A DNA stretch of 32,000 nt from Microcystis aeruginosa NIES-2549 (GCF_000981785.2 NZ_CP011304.1:3270001-3302000), one strand, 5' to 3'. Counted from the stretch's first letter, positions 16,979 to 24,106 are shown. Numbers and translations: made by a program. The notes: generated from the sequence alone by a model not told the origin.

Positions 16979-17245
16979 TCAGAAAATCCTATCTTCCTGT
17001 TTTTTAACCTCAGCAAGATCGTAATTCATCTGGAGGCGCAGCCAGACAGCAGGGGTGCTACCGATTGTCTTTGACAAACGCACAGCCATTTCCGGGGAAA
17101 TCCCCGCCTTGCCATTGATTAGGTTAGATAGTCTAGAGCGTGACACGTTCAGCATTTTTGCCGCAGCTGTAACGGTCAATTCAAGCTCTTCAATCGAACT
17201 TTTGACAATTCTGCCCGGATGTACGGGATTTTTCAGGGTCATCAT
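16979..17245 (-). CDS. higA: HigA-family antitoxin (XRE helix-turn-helix)
   Basis: NPVHPGRIVKSSIEELELTVTAAAKMLNVSRSRLSNLINGKAGISPEMAVRLSK is the canonical HigA pattern. Confidence 0.85.
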   Translation of the reverse strand: MMTLKNPVHPGRIVKSSIEELELTVTAAAKMLNVSRSRLSNLINGKAGISPEMAVRLSKTIGSTPAVWLRLQMNYDLAEVKKQEDRIF

Positions 17246-17255
17246 GTTTTTTCCC

Positions 17256-17384
17256 TCAATGATAATCTACAAGGTCAATGTCGAGAGCGTTTCCATCTTC
17301 ACCCATCACCCATCCTCAAAATCCCCAAATCACTGAAAATCCTGATGCTGACAAGGAAGTAGTGCAGATACCAGCGTAAGCCAT
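17256..17384 (-). pseudogene. higB: Decayed higB (RelE-fold killer) remnant
   Basis: The frame ending 10 nt upstream of higA reads GWVMGEDGNALDIDLVDYH-stop, which is the HigB C-terminal signature. An in-frame TGA precedes it. The N-terminal half is missing or scrambled (MAYAGICTTSLSASGFSVIWGF-stop). Confidence 0.5.
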
Positions 17385-17471
17385 GAGGGAGAGGAATGTA
17401 AAGATTTATTAAATATAGAGAAATTGCGGCATGAGATATGATCGATATGGTTGCCTATTAGTCTAAGTCAA

Positions 17472-17708
17472 ATGAACATTGAACAAGTTATCATTAAAAA
17501 CCTAAGAAAACTTCCCTTAGAAAAACAACAAGAAGTGTTATCCTTCACCGAATCTCTCACCTCAAGAATTTCCCTCCCTTCCCCAGATTATAGTCTCACT
17601 CCCCAGGAAAAAGCTCAAAAATGGCAGAAAGTAATCGCTAAACTTCCTAAAACAAGTGCGAATTTACCTGATGAAGCTTTACACCGTGACACTATGTATG
17701 AAGACTAA
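17472..17708 (+). CDS. Antitoxin with DUF2281-like N-terminal module
   Basis: MNIEQVIIKNLRKLPLEKQQEVLSFTESL. Its stop overlaps the vapC start (TAATG). Confidence 0.6.
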   Translation: MNIEQVIIKNLRKLPLEKQQEVLSFTESLTSRISLPSPDYSLTPQEKAQKWQKVIAKLPKTSANLPDEALHRDTMYED

Positions 17709-18160
17709 TGACTCAATATTTACTGGATACTAACATTTTGCTTCGGGCGGCTGATACGTCTTCAGCAACTTATTCTCTTGCTAATAATGTAATTACTCAA
17801 ATCGTTGAAACAGCTAATGAATGTGTTATTATTCCTCAAGTTTTAATTGAATTTTGGGTAGTTGCAACCCGCCCCCTTGATGTTAATGGTTTAGGTTGGA
17901 CTCCAGCACAAGCTACAAATTATGTCAATGATTTATTAGATAACTTTACATTAATTGCAGAAACGCCGGATATTTTTCCCCTTTGGTTTCAATTAGTCAC
18001 CATCTACAACATTAAAGGAAAACGCACTCATGATATTAGGCTTCTTGCTGTTATGAAAGCTTCTAACATTACCCATTTATTAACCTTTAATCCTGATGAC
18101 TTTATCCCTATTCCCAATATTACCATCGTTCATCCTCAAGATTTCATTAATTCCCAATAA
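17708..18160 (+). CDS. vapC: PIN-domain toxin VapC
   Basis: MTQYLLDTNILLRAAD..., THDIRLLAVM and LLTFNPDDF give a PIN acidic-residue pattern. Confidence 0.85.
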   Translation: MTQYLLDTNILLRAADTSSATYSLANNVITQIVETANECVIIPQVLIEFWVVATRPLDVNGLGWTPAQATNYVNDLLDNFTLIAETPDIFPLWFQLVTIYNIKGKRTHDIRLLAVMKASNITHLLTFNPDDFIPIPNITIVHPQDFINSQ

Positions 18161-18166
18161 TTAGGC

Positions 18167-18272
18167 AGCAAATCCGACATACCGCACCACAATCCCTCAC
18201 GGAAGTGGATAGTTCACCTGAAAAGGGGAAAAACAGGGAAAAACACCTGAGAATCCTTCTTCTGTGAATCAC
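18167..18272. repeat. Dispersed cassette-associated repeat, copy C (5' truncated, diverged)
   Basis: GACATACCGCACCACAATCCCTCACGGAAGTGGATA...ACCTGAGAATCCTTCTTCTGTGAATCAC aligns with the central and tail parts of copy A. Confidence 0.7.
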
Positions 18273-18320
18273 TGTCTTATGGCGAAAGGAGAAACAGCAG
18301 TCTAGAAAAGAGTTCTGGTA

Positions 18321-18584
18321 TTATTTATAGACATCGCCGCGAGGTTTAATAGTTGTAATGACGTATAGATTGTTATTTCTATCTTCAAAAAACAACACTC
18401 GATACTTACCTACTCGCAATCTTAGTTCATCTCTTCCGTAAAGGGGTTTAATATCTAATTTTGTAGAATCCGAAATCAAAGTATCTAAAGCTTCAAGAAG
18501 ACGAATTTGATCATTTTTAGGCATCCTTTCTAAGGAGCGTTCTGCTTGTCTAAGTAGAATATAATCAGCCAAGTTTATCTCCAA
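18321..18584 (-). CDS. RelE/ParE-family toxin
   Basis: LRLRVGKYRVLFFEDRNNNLYVITTIKPRGDVYK is a typical RelE/ParE C-terminal pattern. It overlaps the upstream antitoxin gene. Confidence 0.8.
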   Translation of the reverse strand: MEINLADYILLRQAERSLERMPKNDQIRLLEALDTLISDSTKLDIKPLYGRDELRLRVGKYRVLFFEDRNNNLYVITTIKPRGDVYK

Positions 18585-18810
18585 ATAATTTGTATTTTAA
18601 TTCTGTTGAAGTGATTCCAGTATCTCGACCGGATAAATAATCTTGCCATGCTGCTTGGCTTTCAGCAAGTTCTTCGGCTGGAATGATCTCATCGTCATCT
18701 TTTGGCGCTACGGTCGGCTTGATGATAGTTTTTAAATCCTCTAAAAGTCGCAACTTATCCGTAAGGGGAAGATTCTCTATTTGGCTGAGGATTTCATAGT
18801 AAGTTGTCAT
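18565..18810 (-). CDS. Antitoxin partner of the RelE/ParE toxin
   Basis: The likely start is MTTYYEILSQIENLPLTDKLRLLEDL at 18810. It has an acidic C-terminus and a 20-nt overlap with the toxin gene. Confidence 0.55.
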   Translation of the reverse strand: MTTYYEILSQIENLPLTDKLRLLEDLKTIIKPTVAPKDDDEIIPAEELAESQAAWQDYLSGRDTGITSTELKYKLFGDKLG

Positions 18811-18986
18811 AGACCTTGATCGTATCAGATAATCCGAACACACCTCAAATAATACCACATCCAGATACTAACCAAAAATGGTAAAAGCGGTGGGCTGTTC
18901 ACAACCGACTTGGTTCTGCGGTTTCTTTATCGGGATTAAGAGAGAAATATAAAAATTTATTAAATTGTATCAAAAAATACAATTGT

Positions 18987-18995
18987 GGGGGGGGG
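18987..18995. repeat. Homopolymeric G9 tract
   Basis: Nine consecutive G residues lie 157 nt upstream of the ATG at 19153. They directly follow the AATTGTAT/ATACAATT palindrome (18963-18984). Confidence 0.9.
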
Positions 18996-19152
18996 AATGT
19001 GTATTGTTGTCTTTGCTGACCCTTTAGGGTTAGGTAAAACTGCTGGTTAACTTGGCTGCTAGAAAAGCGATCGTATCAATTTACTCTTTGCCAACTTTGC
19101 CAAAAAACAGTTAAATCCCACTAAACAATTTCAATGTCTTGAGGCATCTATC

Positions 19153-19869
19153 ATGGTATTCATTAAACTTGTCAAAAATTCTATTGGGGGAGCCGTACTT
19201 ATCAGTTTGGCAACAATAGGTACTGCTAATGCTCTTCAAATTACACCTATCAGTTATAATATGGAAAATGGAGGCGCCTCTAAATACTGGGACAAGAAAT
19301 ATAATGGCACTGGAAACACGTCGCTAGATTATGCTCTTCTCAGCGGAGGAGTTGGAGATCTAACTGATGGCATAATTCCTACACAAAATTGGAATGATAT
19401 AGAAGTTCCAGACGGTACAGGACCTTATGTTGGTTGGGAAAACCGGAATCCTGTCATTACTTTTAACTTTGCTGACACAGTAAGGATAAACTCAGTTACT
19501 GTCCATGTGAGTGACTCAAATGGTCTTGGTGGTGTTTCCGTACCGCAAAGTATATTATTAAGTATGGGCAGCTCTAATTACGATTCGGGAACTCTTACTG
19601 ATCCGCCTAGTGCAGCGCCAACATCCTATACTTTTTCAGGATTAAATTTTAGTGGTAGTTCCCTACAACTTACTCTAAATCGACGCACTGCGTGGGTCTT
19701 TGCCAGCGAAGTTACTTTTGATGGCGAACTTTTGGGTGTCCAACCAGTTCCCGAACCCACTTCTACTTTAGGCTTCCTCGCACTCGGAACACTCGGCGCA
19801 GCTTCAACCCTGAAGCGCAAACTAAAACCCTCCCAATCCATTGAAAAAGAAACCACAAAAGTTGGCTAA
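19153..19869 (+). CDS. PEP-CTERM anchored secreted protein with discoidin (F5/8 type C)-like domain
   Basis: Signal peptide GGAVLISLATIGTANA. The body ends W-VFASEVTFDG, which is discoidin-like. The C-terminal VPEPTSTLGFLALGTLGAASTLKRKLK is a PEP-CTERM signal. Confidence 0.75.
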   Translation: MVFIKLVKNSIGGAVLISLATIGTANALQITPISYNMENGGASKYWDKKYNGTGNTSLDYALLSGGVGDLTDGIIPTQNWNDIEVPDGTGPYVGWENRNPVITFNFADTVRINSVTVHVSDSNGLGGVSVPQSILLSMGSSNYDSGTLTDPPSAAPTSYTFSGLNFSGSSLQLTLNRRTAWVFASEVTFDGELLGVQPVPEPTSTLGFLALGTLGAASTLKRKLKPSQSIEKETTKVG

Positions 19870-19893
19870 ATTGCTTCTAAAATACCATAAATG

Positions 19894-19927
19894 CCCCTTC
19901 ATTCAGTCAGTAGAGGGGTTATTTTTT
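19894..19927 (+). terminator. Rho-independent terminator of the PEP-CTERM gene
   Basis: CCCCT...AGGGG stem followed by TTATTTTTT, 25 nt after the stop codon. Confidence 0.5.
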
Positions 19928-20032
19928 GTGTATTGTTTATTGTCTATTATTTAATTGCTGCTAACTAATTGACAACAAGAGGGTTTTTTGTGGTAAAATA
20001 GTCACCCTAGTGTAAATATAGTAAAAGTTGAA

Positions 20033-20287
20033 ATGTCTGTCACCCATATTAATAATCTTCAAGACCAGATTTTGCAAAGTATTAAGACTTTACCGCTAGA
20101 AAAACAGCAACAAGTCCTTGAATTTGTCAAATCCTTACAAAGAAATTCACGTTTTCAGAAATGGGATAATATTTCAGATGCAGAAGCACAATCGTTACAA
20201 AATGAATTTGCTCAAGAGGATATTAGCTTTTCAGAAAGTATTTTACCCGATTATTTATCTCACCTTGAACAAGAGGATAAGGAATAA
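20033..20287 (+). CDS. Antitoxin with DUF2281-like N-terminal module (MazE-position)
   Basis: ILQSIKTLPLEKQQQVLEFVKSL and an acidic C-terminus. Its stop abuts the mazF start. Confidence 0.6.
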   Translation: MSVTHINNLQDQILQSIKTLPLEKQQQVLEFVKSLQRNSRFQKWDNISDAEAQSLQNEFAQEDISFSESILPDYLSHLEQEDKE

Positions 20288-20623
20288 ATGCGAGGCGATA
20301 TTTATCTAGCTGATTTGAATCCGAGTCGTGGTTCAGAACAAGCTGGTATTCGACCTGTTATTATTGTCCAACATAACAATATTGATCGCTTCACTAGCAC
20401 TGTTGTTGTAATTCCATTAACCAGTAATTTACGTCGCGCACAAATTCCCGGAACAATGGTTATTCCCGCAGGACAAGGAGGCTTAAATCAGGAATCAGTA
20501 GCCTTATGTTATCAAATTGTTGTTATTGATAGACAACGACTTCAGAGACAGTTGGGGACACTTTCTTCTAGTTATTTACAGCAATTGGAAGAGGCGATGC
20601 GATACACATTAGATTTAACATAA
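20288..20623 (+). CDS. mazF: MazF/PemK-family endoribonuclease toxin
   Basis: MRGDIYLADLNPSRGSEQAGIRPVIIVQ...VVVIPLTS is the canonical PemK/MazF N-terminus. Confidence 0.9.
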   Translation: MRGDIYLADLNPSRGSEQAGIRPVIIVQHNNIDRFTSTVVVIPLTSNLRRAQIPGTMVIPAGQGGLNQESVALCYQIVVIDRQRLQRQLGTLSSSYLQQLEEAMRYTLDLT

Positions 20624-20698
20624 AACACTAATATGAATGTTTAATTAGTTTAATTTTCTTTCTGGAAAACTTGAACTTTAAGTCTCCTGGTAGTCAGT

Positions 20699-20840
20699 AC
20701 ACTCGGCGCAGTTTCAACCCTCAAACGCAAACTAAAACCCTCCCAATCCATCGAAAAAGAAACCAGAAAAGTAGGTTAAATTGCTTCTAAAAATACTATA
20801 AATGTCCCTTCATTTAGTCAGTTGAGGGGGTATTTTTTGC
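20699..20840 (+). pseudogene. Orphan copy of a PEP-CTERM gene 3' end plus terminator
   Basis: About 90 percent identical by eye to 19789-19929. It keeps the frame TLGAVSTLKRKLKPSQSIEKETRKVG-stop (stop at 20777-20779) and the terminator hairpin. It has no gene body upstream. Confidence 0.8.
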
Positions 20841-20977
20841 ATAACTCTCTCAATTCTCATGATTTTAAGGAGTATGGTTTATCCTTTCATCCGCTATCTG
20901 CTACAATACAGATACAGGAAATAAAATTTTGATCAGTAGGGTAAAAGTCTTTTCCGTTATCTTAGAAGGTAAGCATC

Positions 20978-21271
20978 ATGAAAAATTTAGAAGAAATTAA
21001 AGCGATTTTGGGTCAAGTTAAGTCCTTAGTAAAAGAAAAGTATCATGTCAGTGAATTAGGTATTTTTGGAGATTATGTAAAAGGAGAAGTGCAGGAAAAT
21101 AGTGAAGTTAATATTCTGATAGATTATACAGAACCGCCTAGTTTACTGGATTTAGTAGATATGGAATATTATTTAAGTGATTTACTTAAGGTAAAAGCGG
21201 ATGTTATCAGTAAAAATGGATTAAAAGGAAGAAGGCGAGAAAGAATTTTATCCGAGGTTATTTATGTATGA
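20978..21271 (+). CDS. Minimal nucleotidyltransferase (MNT) antitoxin with degenerate catalytic motif
   Basis: LGIFGDYVKGEVQENSEVNILIDY aligns with the MNT motif GSX10DXD but reads GDX10EXN. There is a 4-nt overlap with the HepT gene. Confidence 0.8.
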   Translation: MKNLEEIKAILGQVKSLVKEKYHVSELGIFGDYVKGEVQENSEVNILIDYTEPPSLLDLVDMEYYLSDLLKVKADVISKNGLKGRRRERILSEVIYV

Positions 21272-21612
21272 CGCAACGGGAATTTAGAGATTTCTTGCAA
21301 GACATTCTAGAGGCAATTTGTCAACTAGAAAAGATGACTCAGGATCTAAGCTTTGAAGAATTTTCAACTAAGATAGAAATCTTTCTTTCGGTAGTAAAAT
21401 TAATTGAAATAATTGGGGAAGCAGTCAAAAATATTCCTGATGAAGTGAGAGTTAATTATCCTAATATTCCTTGGAAAAACATCGCAGGTATGCGGGATAA
21501 ATTAGTTCATGAATATTGGGCAATTGATGAAAAAGTCGTCTGGAAAGTGATTCAAAACAATCTCCCCCAGCTAAAGAGAATCATTATCAGTATTATTGAG
21601 AAATTACAATAA
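21268..21612 (+). CDS. hepT: HepT (DUF86, HEPN-domain) toxin
   Basis: GMRDKLVHEYWAID contains the HEPN RX4HXY motif. It is the downstream partner of the MNT gene. Confidence 0.85.
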   Translation: MTQREFRDFLQDILEAICQLEKMTQDLSFEEFSTKIEIFLSVVKLIEIIGEAVKNIPDEVRVNYPNIPWKNIAGMRDKLVHEYWAIDEKVVWKVIQNNLPQLKRIIISIIEKLQ

Positions 21613-21876
21613 ATTTTCCTGCCTCTCTGGTGTCCCGTTTTTTAACTTGGCTTTTACGACTAGCATTGATTAATCCTCGACCCTGGCTAAATTAAGTATA
21701 ACACAGTTTACCTACAAATAGTAGAATGAAAATCGTGCTTCGCGGTTGACCCTTCGACTTCGCTCAGGGTCATTGATATTCTGGTCGGATTTCATTCCCC
21801 GCAAAGGTGAGTATCTTGTCGAAAAATCTAGCGGGGGCATTCATCCGACATTTTAGGTAAAATAAATTAAAAGGGG

Positions 21877-22143
21877 TTATTCATAATGAGTCCACATCCG
21901 TATAATTTTGACAACCTTCTCTTCTGGAATAACCTGATCAACCAAACGATGCTGAATATTAATACGTCTAGAATAATAGCTCGCTAAATCACCACTGAGT
22001 TTCTCATAAACAGGATAAGATTGATAGGGATTTGACTTAAGAATATTTAATAACTCGTTAGCTTGTTTTGCCAACCCAGTACGAGCCAGCTTTTCAGCAT
22101 CTTTTTTCGCTTGTTTGGTAAAAAACAACTGCCAATTATCCAT
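21877..22143 (-). CDS. yoeB: Txe/YoeB-family toxin
   Basis: YSRRINIQHRLV...VKIIRMWTHYE is the YoeB signature, including the C-terminal HY. Confidence 0.85.
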   Translation of the reverse strand: MDNWQLFFTKQAKKDAEKLARTGLAKQANELLNILKSNPYQSYPVYEKLSGDLASYYSRRINIQHRLVDQVIPEEKVVKIIRMWTHYE

Positions 22144-22396
22144 TTAAAATTGCTCTGATACCCGCCTCATCCAGACAATCTTCAATAGAAGTGTTGCCAC
22201 CTTCAATAATTGAATCTACCATACCAGGAATAGAATACAAATAAAGCGTTTCTTGAATAGAGTTCCAATCTTCCTCAGCAATTAAAATAGCATTCTTTTT
22301 CGTACCAGATAACAAAATCGGTTGATGATTATCATTGGTATCATTCACTAATTCATCAATTTGTTCTTTGGCCTCAGTAACAGTAACAATTTTCAT
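22136..22396 (-). CDS. yefM: Phd/YefM-family antitoxin
   Basis: MKIVTVTEAKEQIDELVNDTNDNHQPILLSG...ETLYL. It overlaps yoeB by 8 nt. The ORF is open to 22444. Confidence 0.8.
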   Translation of the reverse strand: MKIVTVTEAKEQIDELVNDTNDNHQPILLSGTKKNAILIAEEDWNSIQETLYLYSIPGMVDSIIEGGNTSIEDCLDEAGIRAILNG

Positions 22397-22471
22397 GTAA
22401 CTATCCCTTAAATTAACAACATCACCGATTCTAACACAAGTCAACTATTATTCCGCATAATAGCACCTTTT

Positions 22472-22636
22472 CTAAATATTTCTCATTCCTCCGATTAAAC
22501 GCCAAGGAATAAGAGAATAGCGAGACTTAATTTCCTTTGGTACATTTCTAGTTGCTTCTCCAATTAGATATTTGTTTGATTCTTGGCCAATGCTGCCGAT
22601 GTCATTCCCTTTGTACGTTGTTCAATTTCGCTGCAT
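22472..22636 (-). pseudogene. Decayed HepT (DUF86) gene remnant
   Basis: The minus-strand frame from ATG 22636 reads MQRN-TGA-TTYKGNDIGSIGQESNKYLIGEATRNVPKEIKSRYSLIPWRLIGGMRNI-stop. The segment IGEA..N.P.E....Y..IPW..I.GMR parallels the intact HepT at 21268. The frame stops before the His of RX4HXY and lacks about 35 internal codons. Confidence 0.6.
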
Positions 22637-22715
22637 CAGCTTAATTCCTTGCCACTGAACCAAATCCAGAAAAAGACTTTATTGCTAGTTTTGGCAACTA
22701 TTCTCGGTGTGAGAA

Positions 22716-22741
22716 GAGGAGGCAGATTTTGCTGCCTCCTC
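22716..22741 (-). terminator. Hairpin downstream of desB
   Basis: 10-bp stem GAGGAGGCAG/CTGCCTCCTC with a 6-nt loop, about 22 nt past the desB stop. There is no clear U-tract. Confidence 0.4.
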
Positions 22742-22762
22742 CTCCTGATGGATAAGACAGGA

Positions 22763-23827
22763 TCAGTTTTTGCGGTAAAAAATCTTACTGCCTTGGTCAC
22801 TGACAAAATGACAATTGCGGTAGGACCGCCAGAGAGATTTGAAAATCGGTTCTTTCGAGACGCGATAATAGTCTCCTAAGACGGGACGGATAGCCTCGGT
22901 TGCTTCTTTAAGATGATAGTGGGGAATAGTGATAAAAATGTGATGGGCGACGTGAGTACCAATTTCGTGATGGATGGGATTAAAGATGCCATAATCGCGA
23001 TCGATGGTAGAAAGCGCCCCTTTGAGAAAGTACCAATCTTGACCGCGATACCAGGGAATATCATCTTCGGTGTGGTGTAGGAATGTCACCAAGTCCAACC
23101 AAACCACAAAGACGATATAGGGCATGATGTAGTAGTTAAACAGAAACCAAAAGCCTTGGCTGATACCCACCCCGATTAATAGACCTAACATAAAGGTACA
23201 GCAAAAGGTGCTAGTCAGTACCTGCCAGCGTTCCGAGGGGCGAAAGAGGGGGCTTTCGGGCATAAAATGGGACCCCTGTTTATTAGGGGAACGACGGAAA
23301 AGATAGAGGGGATAAACAAATAAAATTAGCTGAAAACGAGCTAATTTTTCGTACCAAGCCATATTGTTATACTGGGTTTCCGTGACGGGATACCAACTTT
23401 CATCGGTGTCGATATTGCCGGTATTAGCGTGATGGGTGCGATGACTGATGCGCCAACCGTGGAAAGGTACGAGAATGGGAGTATGACTGAGATGACCGAT
23501 TAAGTTATTTAACCAACGATAACGGGAAAAGGAACCGTGACCGCAATCGTGACCGACAACAAATAAGGCCCAAAACATGGTTCCCTGCATAAACCAAAAA
23601 AGGGGGAAGAACCAAGCTTGATTAATCTGGTAAGTTATCCAGTAAAGTAGGGTAATAATGCCAATATCAAAAAAAAAGTAGGCTAAAGAGCGAAAAACGC
23701 TTGATTGGAAGCAACGTGCCGGGATAGCTAGACGGACATCCTGTAGGGTAAATGGCAAAAATTCCCTTTCTAGGGTGGGTTTAGGTAGGGTTTGGGACAC
23801 TAGGTTATAACTCAAGATAGATGACAA
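22763..23827 (-). CDS. desB: Omega-3 (delta-15) acyl-lipid fatty acid desaturase
   Basis: Histidine boxes HDCGHGSF, HRTHH and HVAHH. Long stretches match Synechocystis DesB from memory (LPFTLQ..R.AIPA.CF, GWRISHRTHHANTGNIDTDESWYP, LKGALSTIDRDYG). Confidence 0.9.
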   Translation of the reverse strand: MSSILSYNLVSQTLPKPTLEREFLPFTLQDVRLAIPARCFQSSVFRSLAYFFFDIGIITLLYWITYQINQAWFFPLFWFMQGTMFWALFVVGHDCGHGSFSRYRWLNNLIGHLSHTPILVPFHGWRISHRTHHANTGNIDTDESWYPVTETQYNNMAWYEKLARFQLILFVYPLYLFRRSPNKQGSHFMPESPLFRPSERWQVLTSTFCCTFMLGLLIGVGISQGFWFLFNYYIMPYIVFVVWLDLVTFLHHTEDDIPWYRGQDWYFLKGALSTIDRDYGIFNPIHHEIGTHVAHHIFITIPHYHLKEATEAIRPVLGDYYRVSKEPIFKSLWRSYRNCHFVSDQGSKIFYRKN

Positions 23828-24060
23828 GGGCAGTATTGACGAAGGCTTGAGTAGTTCAAGTTTTCTGTTTCTCGATGCGCTATCTTTTCTCTATCTCAGC
23901 TAGGAGCAGATAAGACCGAGCGATCGAGCGAATTTCGTCTAACTCCCTAGGATTTTATTGTAGGGCTTAATGTAACTTAACAAAAGCCCCTAGGGAAAGT
24001 CCCCAGAAGGGCCTTTAGGAAGTAAATTCCCTGTTTTATAGTTCAAGTTCGTTAAAACCC

Positions 24061-24087
24061 AAAAAAAGGGCGAACAAAATTCACCCT
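24061..24087 (-). terminator. Rho-independent terminator of the aminotransferase gene
   Basis: The minus strand reads GGGTGAA-TTTTG-TTCGCCC followed by T7, about 20 nt after the stop at 24107. Confidence 0.7.
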
Positions 24088-24106
24088 AACAGATACAGTA
24101 ATCATC

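Noticed and set aside
15277-18272. Integron attC sites / CALIN-type cassette array
   Set aside because: I could find no RYYYAAC...GTTRRRY core sites at the repeat boundaries and no element-wide imperfect palindrome. No intI integrase is in the window. The positional analogy is kept as a finding, but the attC identity is rejected.
15099-22762. Classical tRNA-integrated genomic island or prophage
   Set aside because: There is no integrase, excisionase or phage gene. By eye I could not find a direct repeat of the tRNA-Arg 3' end at the far boundary.
22583-22879. 98-aa plus-strand ORF
   Set aside because: It overlaps the desB 3' end and the antisense strand of the hepT remnant, and shows no recognisable features.
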